From: Octopus vulgaris
Lineage: Eukaryota
DNA length: 64,000 nt
Direction: 5' to 3'
NCBI GenBank assembly: GCA_951406725.2
Contig: OX597826.1
Coordinates: forward strand, 21,886,001-21,950,000
In this document: positions 9,690-23,262 of the stretch, one piece after another
How the letters are laid out: each line of letters starts with the position of its first letter
Numbering within the stretch: the first letter of the stretch is position 1
Translations under genes and position numbers: made by a program
The notes under the pieces: generated by a model
The model's database searches: none
What the model saw: the letters and a program-made list of their open reading frames with translations, nothing else
What the model was told of the DNA's origin: nothing

Positions 9690-12274
9690 TTGCATGGAGA
9701 CAGGTTTATTTAGCCAGAGGGGAAGCAGATAAGAAAAAATTTGCCAATGTTCTGTGCCGTGAGGACCAAAGACTTGAGGTATTTCGTGTTGCAAGACAGT
9801 GTGTGAGAGAGAATCGTGATGTGGTAGGAGAGAAATGTGTTCGCATGGATGATGGTTCACTTGCGCTAAATGAGGATGCAAAGAGAGAGGTTTGGAGATG
9901 CCACTATGAAAGGTTGCTGAATAAAGAAAATGAATGGAATAAAGAGAGTCTGCCGAATGTCGACCCAACAGAGGGACCAGCCATCCGAGTTGACAGTTCT
10001 TTGGTAGTTAAGGCAATTAGAAGCATGAAGACAGGGAAAGCCCCAGGCCCATCAGGAATTACTGCAGAGATGCAGTGTCGGCTATGGCCTAGTCACCCGT
10101 ATAGTTAACCAGGTGATACACGAAGGAGTCATACCCGATGACTGGTGTAGCAGCATAATAGTCAACTGCTGCAAAGGTAAAGGTGACGCCCTAGATACAA
10201 GTAATTACAGAGGTATCAAGCTGTTGGATCGGGTAATGAAGGTTACGGAGGGGATCATAGCCCAACTGATTAGGGAGAGAGTCAACTTGGATGAGATGCA
10301 GTTTGGTTTCGTGCCGGGGAAAAGCACCACTGATGCCATATTTCTGGTGAGACAGCTGCAGGAAAAATACCTAGCCAAAGATAAACCTCTGTACCTGGCT
10401 TTCGTTGACATGGAGAAAGCCTTTAACAGGGTCCCCTGATCCCCTATCTGGTGGTCAATGGGGAAACTAGGGATAGATGAATGGTTAGTGAGAGCTGTGC
10501 GAGCCATGTACAGGGACGCTGTTAGTAAGGTGAGGGTTGGCAACGAGTACAGTGAAGAATTCCAGGTAGAGGTTGGGGTCCACCAAGGTTCAGTCCTCAG
10601 CCCCCTTCTATTTATCATAGTCCTCCAAGCAATAATGGAGGAATTCAAGACAGTATGCCCCTGGGAGCTCCTCTATGCTGATGACTTTGCCCTAATTGCT
10701 GAGTTACTATCAGAACAGGAGGAGAGGTTTCAGGTGTGGAAACAAGGATTAGAATCGAAGGGCCTTAGAATCAACCTAGCCAAAACCAATGTTCTAATAA
10801 GTAGGAAGGTAGACAAATCACAAACACCTTCAGGTAGATGGCTCTGCTCGATCTGTAGAAAAGGCATAGGTAGAAACTCTATAAGATGCACCAAGTGTAA
10901 GCTATGGACACATAAGTGGTGCAGCAATGTCAAAGGAAGGCTAACTAGGAAGATAGTTTTTGTATGTGGCAGATGCTCAGGAGCAATAAACACTGAAAAT
11001 GCTCTGAGACCATCTTCCGCCACATTCCAGGGAGAAAAACTAGAAATAGTTGATAGCTTCCGTTACCTAGGTGACCAGTAGTGAGGGCAGGTGTGCTGAA
11101 AGTGTAACTGCCATAGTAAGAATAGCCTGGGCAAAGTTCAGAGAGCTCTTACCTCTGCTGGTGACAAAAGGCCTCTCGCTCAGAGTAAAAGGCAGATTGT
11201 ATGACGCATGTGTACGAACAGCTATGCTACATGGCAGTGAAACATGGGCCGTGACTGCTGAGGGTATGCGTAAGCTCGCAAGAAATGAAACCAGTATGCT
11301 CTGCTGGATGTGTAATGTCAGTGTTCATACTCGACAGAGTGTAAGTACTTTGAGAGAAAAGTTGGACCTAAGAAGCATCAGTTGCGGTGTGCAAGAGAGA
11401 CGTTTGCGCTGGTATGGTCATGTGGCGAGAATGGATGAAGATAGTTGTGTGAAAAAGTGCCACACCCTAGCGGTTGAGGGAACCTGTGGAAGAGGTAGAC
11501 CTAGGAAAACCTGGGATGAGGTGGTGAAGCATGACCTTCGAACTTTAGGTCTCACCGAGGAAATGACCAGAGACCGAGACCTTTGGAAGTATGCTGTGCC
11601 TGAGAAGACCCGGCAGGACAAGTGAGGCCATAATCCCGTGACCTCTACCTGGGATGTAGCCAGCCCACTTATGCATTCCTTTCCTTCTTGGGACACAAAG
11701 TTCCACTTGTGAAGACCTGTTGAGGCAAGTGAAAATCGAAATCAATCAACATCAATGTAGCTGTGATACCAGTGCCGGTGGCACATAAGAGAACCATCCG
11801 AACGTGGCCGTAGCCAGCGCCGCCCTGACTGACCTCCATGCCGGTGGCACGTAAAAGGCACCATCCGATTCGTGACCATTGCCAGCTTCGTCTGGTCTCT
11901 GTGCCAGTGGGACGTAAAAAGCACCATCCGATTCGTGGCCGTTGCCAGCTTCGTCTGGTCTCCGTGCCGGTGGCACGTAAAAAGCACAATCCAATTCGTG
12001 GCCATTGCCAGCTTCGTCTGGTCTCCATGCCGGTGGCATGTAAAAAGCACCATCCGATCGTGGCCGTTTGCCAGCCCCGTCTGGCACCTGTGCCGGAGGC
12101 ACGTAAAAAGCACCCACTACACTCACGGAGTGGTTGGCATTAGGAAGGGCATCCAGCTGTAGAAACACTGCCAGATCAGACTGGGCCTGGTGCAGCCTTC
12201 TGGCTTCCCAGACCCCAGTTGAACCATCCAACCCATGCTAGCATGGAAAGCGGACGTTAAACGATGATGATGAT
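9690..12274 (+). mobile_element. 5'-truncated, frameshifted RTE-clade LINE (RT, PHD-type finger, 3' UTR with tandem units)
   Basis: ORF pieces 9668-11625 carry GKAPGPSG, NYRGIKLL, QFGFVPGKSTTDA, FVDMEKAF, GVHQGSVLSP, LYADD and RRLRWYGHVARM. The 3' UTR ends in (GAT)n. Confidence 0.95.
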
Positions 12275-14348
12275 TAGCATTTTACCTTTTACATATTACA
12301 TTTGAAATCTTTTTGTTATTAAAGGGTAAAACTGACTCTATAACTTATACAAATCATTGAAGAACAAAAGCTTACTCAAATTCTATGACATCAGCCATTT
12401 TGCTTATCAAACATTCCAGTTTTCTATTGTTGTCTCATTAAAAGAACTGACAGTAGTTTTGCTGTCATTTATGCAACATAAAACTTAACTAATTTATTTT
12501 CTCATAAAAGATTAATGGATCTTCTGTCATATTTACCCCATTTTCACATAACAGCAAATCTAGTCATTTTCTTTTCTACTCCAATACTATTATAAGATAT
12601 CTAAAATACCACCAGAGCCTTTTTTTTTTTGACAATTTGTTGCACTGCAGGGAATTAGAAATGTCAGTGTCCTCTGCTCACTACTGCTATATACATTCAA
12701 TTGTAATGTACCATTAGTGAAGATATTTCTACTACAAACATTTAACCCAGATAATGGCTTCCCTCCACCCTACATGATAGATGATTTGATATCAATATGC
12801 GAGGAACTGAAGTAGTCACAAGCAGCACAGATTCTTTTTCTTCAATTAATTTGAAGCAAAATTAGAAACAATGGATTGAATTAAAATGGTTTGAATTAAA
12901 AGAATCTTCTTGTGAAGAAACATTCGAGTACAAGGTGTAAATAGACAAATGTTTTCTGAACTAGCTGCAGCAGACACAAGTTTGACAATATTAAGCAAAG
13001 AGAAATCTGTCAGAGTCTACCACTGTAGTAACTTAATGTTCCCAGAAGCTATGATGAATTCAGAGAAAAGTTGTCCAAATCACATTGAAAACTCTCAACT
13101 AAATTTGAAGTTAGCTTCTGTGAGTTCTTCATCCGATATTGTATGTAGCGTGTCACATATTTAATTAATGTCAATAGCGTTCCATTCTATATATTGCAAT
13201 TACTGTGATGGTGTCTTGTTACGTCTTCTGAAAGCACCCTGCATTAAAAAATTTGTGGGTTTGACTTATAATATAGAATTCTTTGTTCTTCTACAGGGTG
13301 CAAATACAATCCACTATGGAATATTGCTTCTATCTTTGAACAACAGTTCAACTTGCATGCTGTGTTTCCATTTGCTTCTCAACAGATCTCTCCATCACAG
13401 CTCATTTATCTAGTCTCTCTTTCCCCTTTATTTTTATCATTCAACCTAAATTTTAAAGAGTAGAAGTATGTCACATAGGAAGCACTTTCTACCTTTTATT
13501 GTTTTAAAATCTATAACTTACCCACTATAAAATACAAAACTATAACCACATTCATATTATATTTCACACTTTTGTGTGCATATTACAGACAAGCTGTGAG
13601 CATTGTCCTTCCTTCAAGGAACAACAAATACAGAAAAATCAATGGCATTCATCACCTGCTACTGATGAATCTATGCACCTGGATGGTTTCTAACCAAGGC
13701 ATACGCTTGGTTAAGGTATTTTGAAAAAGTCTTGCTCTGCAGATGATGTTTTCAAGGAAAAGAAAGCCAGCGCTGATGAAGTGAGGCACAGTGTGATGAT
13801 AAAATAAAGATAAAGATCAGAACATTTGTAACAGTTGATAATTTAATACACAGTGATAAATTTGTAGAGTGTGGGGAGTACACCGACCATGGTGAATTGA
13901 GTACATAAATCATGCTGAGTATATGGAGGGTGGTGAGGTTGCTGACTGATCAAATTTTATTCAATTCTTGTGGTATTTTGTCTTTTTGTTGATCAAATAA
14001 AATCAGAAAAATCCAGAATTGTCCATTTGATTTGGTAGAATTGAAACAGTTTGTTGTGTGAAGCAATGGACACATGTTACAAGAATAGACTAAACTCTGG
14101 GCTGTAAACAATGTAAAATCAATAGTGAAACATAGAACTGGGTGGAATCTAGTGATTTTCTGCGTCAGTAACTAAAGTACCAAGAGTAAGAATAGTGGAA
14201 TAGTGGAAGAGTAGAACAGTGGAGTAGTAGAATAGTGGAACAGTGGAAGAGTAGAATATATATGTTCTGTTCTGGAGAAAAAAATAAAATAGGTTCACCA
14301 TAGATTTAATAAGTTTTAGAAAAGACTTAACATTGATTCAACAGTTTT

Positions 14349-14430
14349 CATCATCGTCATCATCATCATCATCATCATCATCTTCTTCTTCTTCTTCTTC
14401 TTCTTCTTCTTCTTCTTCTTCTTCTTCTTC
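14349..14430. repeat. (CAT)n(CTT)n microsatellite
   Basis: Direct inspection. Confidence 0.95.
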
Positions 14431-14929
14431 CTCCACCCTTTGTGGGTTCAATACCATGAATTGCCATTTCAATAGTTCTGCTGCTTTTCTATTCGTTGTA
14501 TTTTAAATCTGGCCAATTCTTGATATTACAACCCTATATAATATTGTATGGTTATAGGTGAAAAAAGTTGTCATATTTCCAGTAATTAAATCACCGAAGT
14601 TAATTATTCAGAAAAACAATAATCAAATTAGTGTTAACATATTTACTATAAGGGACATTAACAATTTGATTAGAAATAATTTTGTGGTGAGGAAAAAACA
14701 TTAATAAGCCTGAAACTTGCCTAGAGTTAGCTCCCATGTTTACTGCAATGATTAAATTAATATATAATATCTTGTATTGACATCTATAGAATATATTTCT
14801 AGATTATTACGACAGAATAGATGTGTAGAATAAAGTATATACACCTATAAGTATTCAGCCAATACTGCATGTTCAAACATGTTTAAATGCCACCTTAATA
14901 ATAAACGCAACTATGCCTCTCCTACTTAC

Positions 14930-16245
14930 ATACCTACTTCTCAAACGTGGTGGGTACTTTCTTCTAAACCAACTTTCACTATTCTTCCAATTCTGTCTTG
15001 ATAATGGTGTTACTCCAGAGCAGTGGAAAACTGCCAGTGTTATCCCTCTGTTCAAGAAAGGTGACCACACATCACCTGTCAACTATCGCCCCATTAGTCT
15101 TACTAGCTGCATCGCCAAACTGATGGAATCCTGTGTCAGGGAAACCCTCTGGAACTTCTGGAAGTCTCACAGCCTCATCCAGCCGTCACAATTTGGATTT
15201 ATTCCTAACTCCAGCTGCTGTAATCAACTCATCGAGTTTCTTGAGGACATTACCTAAATCACTGATCGCGGATCCTGGGTGGATGTTGTTTACCTGGACT
15301 TTGCTAAGGCTTTTAACTCTGTGCCACACAAAAGACTTATGGTGAAACTCTCTGCATTGGGCGTAAGAGACGATCTCTATAACTGGTTGAAGTCCTTTAT
15401 TTTTGGCCAAAAAGAGGTTGTCACAGTTCTAGGACAGCATTCTTCACCCTATGAGATGACATCTGGTGTACCACAGGGATCTGTTCTTGGCCCCCTTTTA
15501 TTTGTTGCATATGTTAATGTCTTAAAGAATGCCACAGTGCTGAAATATGCAGATGACATCAAGCTGTACCTCAAAATAAAGAGGTCAGATCCTGTACACT
15601 ATAGATCTCTATTGCAATCAGACCTGGACACAATGCAGCAGTGGATCATGGACTGGCAACTGAAGCTGGCTGTGGACAAATGTACCACCATGCATTTTGG
15701 GAGGAAAAACCCAGCGTCTACTTACTCCCTCCACAACACTAATCTCAAAAAGTCTTCGTGTGAATGTGACCTGGGTGTTATTGTCGACAGCGATTTGCGT
15801 TGGACAAAACACATCGCTAAAATTGCCAAGAAGGCTGAGGGTGTTTTGGCATCACTCACCAAGTCCTTTGTGAGCCGCTCTCCGGCTATCTATCTGCGGC
15901 TTTATATAGCTATGGTACAACCTCACCTGGAATTTGCATCACCGGTCTGGAACCCCTATCTTGCCCAGCATATTAATCGTCTGGAAGCCGTTCAGCGACG
16001 TGTAACCAAAAGAATACCCTCCATCAGGAGCACTGCATCTTTCAAAACTTTCATGCTTCCTGAGATTCGCCAACACTACACCTAATTTTCTCCCCTCCAT
16101 ACGCACACAAGCATGTATCCGACTCATACACTATTCGCTTTCTAGACATTTGTACATTACTGCATATACTTTATGTGCACTTTTTGACAAGTTGTGGTGC
16201 ACCTGAGCACTGTATACAATAATTTCATGATCATTATTATTATTA
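14930..16245 (+). mobile_element. 5'-truncated CR1-like LINE, RT pseudogene
   Basis: PLFKKG, NYRPISLTS, QFGF, YLDFAKAF, GVPQGSVLGP, YADD and HLEFASPVWNP motifs; in-frame stop at about 15255; (ATT)n tail. Confidence 0.9.
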
Positions 16246-16597
16246 TAGATGTAAGCATATTGTCTTTCTATACACTGTCTTAGGAGACAGCAAAGGAGAA
16301 CTCAACTAGACTAATATACATTGAGTGTTGGCTAAAAATCAATAGATATACCCAATAGCATTGAAAATTAACACTGTTAATTTATTGCAGTTTCTTTAAA
16401 TAATATTAGTCATTTAGCTAATATTGTCTTTTCCTCACCACATAGCTATTTCTGATTAAATATTTAATGCTCGCTACATTAAATATGTTACCATTAAGAT
16501 AACTGTTGGTTTACGTATAGATAGCATTACTGAATGATTAAGGTCTGTGATTTAGTGTTTTTAATATTGAGAAAGAGTATTTTAAAGATAGCTCCTG

Positions 16598-17201
16598 ATC
16601 ATGTGATGCGTATGGATGTGGACAGCTGCGTGAAGAAGTGCCGATCTCTATCAGTGGAAGGAAACTGTGGAAGAAGGAGACCCAGGAAGATGTGGGACAA
16701 GGTGGTGAAGCGTGATCTTCGAATGTTGAGCCTCTTGGAGGCAATGACTAGTGACTGAAACTTTTGGTAATATGCCATGCTTAAGAAGACCTGTCAAAGC
16801 AAGTGAAATCATAGTTGTGGCTGTTGTTGGTGTCATGTAACTGGCACATAGAGAGCACCTTTCAAGCACTTGGGCCTCATGGAGGCAATGACACATGACC
16901 AATACCTTTGGCAATATGCTGTGCTTGAGAAAAAGAACCATCAAGCCAAGTGAAATCGTAGTCATGACAGATACTGGTGTCATGCAACCGGCACGTAAAA
17001 GCACCCATTACACTCTCAGAGTGGTGCGTGTAAGGAAGGACATCCAGCCATAGAAACCATGCCAATCAGACTGGAGTTTGGTGCAGCTCCTTAGCTTTCC
17101 AGCCCTAGTCAAACCAATGCCAGCATGGACAACAGGCACTAAATGATGATGATGATGACGATGACGATGATGGTGATGACAATGACGATGATGATGATGA
17201 T
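16598..17201 (+). mobile_element. Older RTE LINE 3' fragment
   Basis: HVMRMDVDSCVKKC...GRRRPRKMWDKVVK matches the C-terminus at 11420-11625, followed by the same 3' UTR and a (GAT/GAC)n tail. Confidence 0.85.
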
Positions 17202-17840
17202 AAAGGCTAGATTCCTAACATAGTTTTGTTCTTTGTATTTAATTTCATTGTCTCATAAAATGAACAACAACTATAAACTCTGTATTTTAGAATTTCCTGT
17301 CTTTGTATTTCATCTTTGTATTTCATCTTGTGGCATCTGAACTGACCTTTCCTCTTGTTGACTTCATGTTCAAACTCTTCTTCTTTTGTCTCTGTCACAC
17401 CCTTACCTTCATACGATGACCCTCTGCACATAATCACCTAACATTCTACATCTATTCATATTACGTTACAAAACTATTTCATGTCCCCTTCCGATCCCCT
17501 TTCCTCTTTGCTTTCAGTTCATTTAGAGTCAGACTTTCTCATAAATTAACATATTTAATGAAACATACATCCTTTATTATGGGTATTTTCTCTTTGGAGT
17601 TTATTCTCTAAAACATCATTCGCATAGCAAGGTCAGCTCATGTTGTAAGGTCTGCCGCTAACCTAATGAACTGAGCCAATTAATTACTGTATTCCCCATT
17701 CTACAGTTCATAAAAATAATCATTTTTTTCTTTTTCTCCGTAAAGAAAGTCTCCCCAAATCATTCTGTATCTTAGTGATACTAAAAAGCCAAGTTGTAGA
17801 ATGGAGCTCAACAGTTGGGTCCAGATTTCACTAGGGCCCG

Positions 17841-18082
17841 AACCTATGGTTACAATTTACTAATTGTACTAAATACTTCTCACTACCATAGTCACCATAT
17901 TTATTAGTTTTGTAACGTTTTGATGGTAAGCAGAAATTTACGGTGATTTAGTGGCATCAGTAACCTATGGTTACAATTTACTAATTGTACTAAATACTTC
18001 TCACTACCATAGTCACCATATTTATTAGTTTTGTAACGTTTTGATGGTAAGCAGAAATTTACGGTGATTTGGTGGCATCAGT
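17841..18082. repeat. 121-bp direct tandem duplication (two copies)
   Basis: 17841-17961 and 17962-18082 differ at one position by eye (gatttAgtgg vs gatttGgtgg). Confidence 0.92.
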
Positions 18083-20977
18083 GGTGAGTGAAGAATCATT
18101 TGTTTGGTGTATTAGGAATTGACAATGTCTTGGCTTTTGTAGGCAGGCAGAAGTAACAGCAAAGTAGACACCATCTGTTACGTGTCAGTTTAGTTATTCA
18201 GCCAATAGTAACCTTCTACAACACTGTACAATGTCAATTATGCAGGTTGCAGAGAAAACAGACGTACATAATTAGTTACAAGCTACAAGTTGTTAAAATA
18301 TACCAAACAACATGGCAACTAGACAGTTTAGAGACAGTATGAACCATCGCCAGCTGGAAAGAATGATTCATGAATGAAGACAACTGAATGAGGCATTAAT
18401 GAACACAAGAATAAGCGAAAACAAAAAGGAAAGACTGTCATTAAGAAGCCAAATTTTCTCAACTGTAGAAAGATATAAAATTATGGCTACCCAGTCAATT
18501 ATGTGTTGGGTAGAGAGGCTTCAACAATAATGTGCAAGGTAAAGTGAGTGGTAGAAAAGGGAAATGTACCAGCAGGTGTGTTTGCTAGATCAGCATCTTG
18601 GTGCTACCATTTTCACGAAGAGGCATGATTTAATGACAGGATCACACAGATGTATGAAGAATACGAAGGAAAAATCTTGGACTTGAACAAACATGTGAAC
18701 AGTAACAGGAAGAAGGAAAGAGATTTAAATATAAAGCAAATTAGCGAATATTAACATTTGATAGGCCCTCAAAGAAAATGAAGTTGTAAAGATGGTGACT
18801 ATATAACCATATTGTTATTTTGGTTTGTTGTGCCAGCAGGTAAAGCTGAATTTATCTTGGAAGATTATGAAAACATAGAAACAGCAGCAGCAATGATAAT
18901 GCTATTGATGACATTAGTGGATGATGTGTATGTTTGTAATATAACAGTATGTTTTAATATACAGTAAACTAAGCATGGAGTTTGTGACATTCTCAAGAAA
19001 TATATTTTACATTTAAGTTGAAAGTTAAGATACTTCTATTGACTCTTTCTCTCATCACCTTCTCTCTCCCTCCCTCCCTCTCTCTGGATATGAGATTGTG
19101 GGTGCACCAATGATCTTCACATTACTGAATGGCTACCAGGGGATGTAAGGGTAGTTGGGACTTGGTAATATCTCTGAAATGCTTGTACAGGTACTTAGGA
19201 TAACAAACAAGCACAGTGTACAATTTGTAGTAATTATATCCAGTAACAGTGGAGTAAACTTATTAATGTACATCCATTTTATTCTAAATTAAATATTTTT
19301 AAAAAATAAATTTTTGATGATGCTTTGAATTGTCAAAAATTTCTTTTAAAAATATAACTTGTTAATTATGTATAAGGTAAGACTTATCATTTGTAACTTT
19401 TCATGAAGCAGAGTAATTATGCTCATTAAAATTACACTACTAATGAGGAGAAAGAATTGTTTAATTAACAATTATGGTCAAGGAAGTTACACTACATTGA
19501 CCATATTTTATTTTTAATTAGTTTTGATTTCAGAGTTGTCTACCCTGCCACTCTTACTTAGAATTAATCATTAAACCAACAATACTCTCTCTTCACCATG
19601 GCTGTGTAATTTGAATTAAAACATTGTTTGTTTCACTCTAATGTTTGTCAATATTGTTTTTACAATCTCCTATGAGTGTCAACAGAAACACCCAGTCGAT
19701 GTAACTGCAATATCACTTGGGAGAACTGTATTTTCTTTGTTATTGCTTCTGTAGACTTGAAATTGATCTTACACTAGTAATACTAGTTTCTTTAACTGAC
19801 CACCTGGACACTGTGACCATATTTTCCCTAACCACAGAGTTACCACTGCCTTTGTCCATTTACTCTTTGTGAGGAACCTGAATAAGAACACCAGACAGAT
19901 TAATTTCTTTGGATGTTGTTTCTCATTTACAGATTAGTAAAAGATGGGAGTTTTGTGCCATCAACACAACAGGCTAAAATAGCAATATAATTGTATAGTC
20001 ACCATCTTTACAACTTTATTTTCAACAGTTTGATGGCCTCTTAAATATTAATGCTACTCTATTTTTATTGGCTAGTTTGATCTAGATCTAAATCCCTGTC
20101 CTTCTTCCTGTCATTGATCACAAATCTGTTAAACTCCAAAGGTTTTGTTCTTCATATTCTTTAGACATCTGTGTAATCCTGTCTTTAAGCCATGTCTCTT
20201 CATGAAAATAGTAATGCCTCAGTAATTTACCCTCATAATAGTTTGCCTCTTATATGATTGCAGGGATAGGTATATTTTGCAATCCCAACCTTAAAATTTC
20301 AGTTTTAAAGACCCTAATGGGTTTTGAACTCAGAACTTAAAGCTTTATAACTCAATACAAGGTGTTTTGTTTGTCACCCTGCCAATCTTTGGCCCTAAAT
20401 AGAGGTGTTTCAACCCTTTCTTAACATGAAATAGTTGTTGTCTAAAACAGATGTTTCCTCAAATTGGAATCAGTTTTCTGACTTTCATATCCTGCAGAAA
20501 TGTCTGAAACTCTAAAGATTTCTGAGAACAATGATTGCTTTAACAATTTCTGCTGAAGCTTGTTTATCTGTCTCCATTGAACAAGGGCTCCCTGTTCACA
20601 GTACATGTCAATACTATAAACCTGTGTATTTAACAAAACTGCAGGGCAACCAACATCAAAAGGCGTCCAACACAGAATGACATTGAATCAATGTGGAACA
20701 CAACTATAGTGTGGTTGGCTTCTAATTAATGATGGAACCTTTTTATGGTCAACTGAACTACTAAAAGTAGAAGCCAAATCTCCCTCTTCACATACCAAGC
20801 ATGTTATTTTTTAACTGTGTTGTTGTTGTTGTTGCTGTTGGCTCCAGATGAGACCTGATCCAACAGAACTTTGGAAAAATGTATTCCAACCATGATCATC
20901 CCATAATTTTGTATAGTTAGGACAACTTTGTTGTGTCCTTCCTTTTCTTAGTGTGGTTTATGAGAGTGTTATTATGC

Positions 20978-22497
20978 CTAGCAGGTTGCCCAGCCACGCA
21001 TGTCATTCGTTCCTACCGACTAATCAATGAGAGTCAGAAACAGTGTCACACAATACTGTTATATTTTGCAATGTTGTCTCTACAAAATGAATGCCTGCCT
21101 CAATACAACAACATCAAACCATTTAAACTAAATCACTGTAAATGGATTACCTTTACTGCTGACCTGTTTCAAGAAATACAAAACTTACAATTGAAACTCG
21201 AGAGTCAATACTACCTGTAATCGCTGTTGTAAATACATTTCACAGGTTTTGGTGTGGGTTTGAGGGGTGGGAAGGAAGTTGTGTCATTGTACACCAGTGA
21301 ATTTTCTTCTCCCAAAGAATTTTACTCTCATTGCACATTATAGCGAATATAAATACCTTGTCACACTTTAGGTATAAAGTCCAAAAAAATATTCAAAAAA
21401 TATATTTGTATTAGGTTTAATATGGGAATGTAAATAATGCAAATTTTACAAGAATATTAATTACACACTTATCTATTAATTAAGATTATTAAAAGAAACA
21501 CAGAACTTTCTGGACTTTTGGTGACTATATATTGGGTCATCTTTGAGATAAACACACCTTCCTTTCATCCTCTCATTGTATTTTCCACATCTTAATAATA
21601 CGAAAACTCTACAGATGTTTGTGTGTACCTGAAATATCTCAGAAACAGTATATTTTTATCTTAATTGGTTTTTTTGCCTATTTATTTTCATATTTACCTT
21701 TGGCAGTGCAATACAAATTTTTGTGACATTTAGACCTTTATATATTAATGAAAACAAATAAACACAATTTTTGTGTTTACTCATGACATACAGAATATAC
21801 ACATACAGAATATACACATTTATAATGAATGTCATGGCATGTCAGTCAACACAAACACACATCCGCTATCTTTGACATACACACGTACATAGTCTTCACG
21901 CTCTCTAAGAAAAAGCAAAAAAGGCTGACTTTTTGATGTACACAATATTTTAATCATTTAGAAATATTTTTAACTGAATGTGATTTAAAAAATGTATAGT
22001 TTTTTTGTTCAGTAAGTATTTATATTTTAGCTTTCTTTAAAGAGACAATATCTTAATGTTTTTTTTAATTATTTTCAAGTCGTCAATTTCTGTAAAAATT
22101 TTTTATTTATTTACTTTTGTTCTAAAGTAAAGATGTATGTACGTGTGTGTGTGTATGAAAGAGAGAGAGGAAGAGAGAAAAAGAGAGAGAGAGAAAGAGA
22201 GCAAAAGAGAGAGAGTGAGTGAAGGGGTGTGTTGTCAAATATATGTACATACATCATTGCATATTCGTACATCTTTTTTGTATGTATGTGTGCATGTGTG
22301 TGTGTGAGAGAGAGGGAGAGAGAGAGAGAGTGAGTGAACGTGTGTGTTCTCATGTATGTGTAAGTGGCACTCTCTCTCTCACACACACACATGCACATCT
22401 ATTTCATATACATGTTCATACATCTTTCACTTTAAAACAAAAGTAAATATATAAAAAATTTTTTACGGAAATTAACGAACAAAACTTCATAAAGTTT
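20978..22497 (-). mobile_element. Probable degraded non-autonomous Helitron-like element with an internal ~60-bp inverted repeat
   Basis: ctagcaggttgcccagcc at 20978 resembles the reverse complement of the other Helitron 3' ends. Inverted repeat 22080-22140 / 22417-22478 flanks GA/GT microsatellites. Confidence 0.4.
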
Positions 22498-22800
22498 ATG
22501 AGGGCCAAAAAAGAATATCCATGTTCACTCTCATTCACTCCTCAACCACTTTTGTTGGATCCACTTAATAAATAAACCTGCTTGCACTTCTGAGCCACAG
22601 GAATGCAGCACGATCATCTTTACAATGTACTAGGATGATTCAACACAATAATAACAGCTGTTCAACATATCTGTTCAATTATTTACATTATTTACATTTG
22701 GCGGATATTTGTTCACATCGCCTTCATCAGGTGTCTTGGGGAAATTTCAAACCTGGGTTCTCATTCCTAAGGTATTTTTCAATGTTGTTGTTGTTGTTGT

Positions 22801-22833
<33 letters not shown>

Positions 22834-22834
22834 G

Positions 22835-23165
22835 AAGGTGCATGGCTCAGTGGTTAGAGCGTCGAGCTTACGATCGTAAGGTTGTGAGTTCGAATCCTGG
22901 ACCAGGCTGTGTGTTGTGTTCTTGAGCAAGACACTTTATTTCACATTGCTCCAGTTCACTCACCTGTAGAAATGAGTTGCGATGTCACAGGTGCCAAGCT
23001 GTATCGGCCTTTGCCTTTCCCTTGGATACAGTGGGGGCGTGGAGAGGGGAGGCCGGTATGCATGAGTGACTGCTGGTCTTCCATAAACAACCTTGCCCAG
23101 ACTTGTGCCTGAGAGGGTAACTTTCTAGGTGCAATCCCATGGTCAGTCATGACTGACGGGGGTCT
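22835..23165 (+). mobile_element. tRNA-derived SINE, family D
   Basis: tggctcagtggttagagc (A box) and gttcgaatcc (B box), followed by a gtgttcttgagcaagacacttt central domain. Confidence 0.8.
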
Positions 23166-23171
23166 CAGCAT

Positions 23172-23262
23172 ATTATTATTATTATTCAGGTCACTGCCTG
23201 GAATCGAACTTGGAATCTTGGGGTTAGTAGCCCGCACTCTTAACCACTATGCCATATGCCCA
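23172..23262 (-). mobile_element. Short tRNA-derived repeat (SINE head or tRNA pseudogene) with (AAT)n tail
   Basis: Minus strand: tggcatagtggttaagagtgcgggctactaaccccaagattccaagttcgattccaggcagtgacctgaataataat. Confidence 0.65.

Noticed and set aside
11770-12115. CRISPR-like regularly spaced repeats
   Set aside because: The intervening sequences are themselves repeated, the array lies in a LINE 3' UTR, and no cas genes are present.
12900-13420. Possible hAT C-terminal remnant on the minus strand
   Set aside because: Only a vague resemblance, many stops and no termini.
22715-22760. Minus-strand CTGATGAAGGC hammerhead half
   Set aside because: The stem II partner and GAAA are absent; at most a deleted remnant.
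22835-22912. Functional tRNA gene (also 23185-23262)
   Set aside because: The acceptor stems pair poorly and the heads run into SINE bodies or microsatellite tails.
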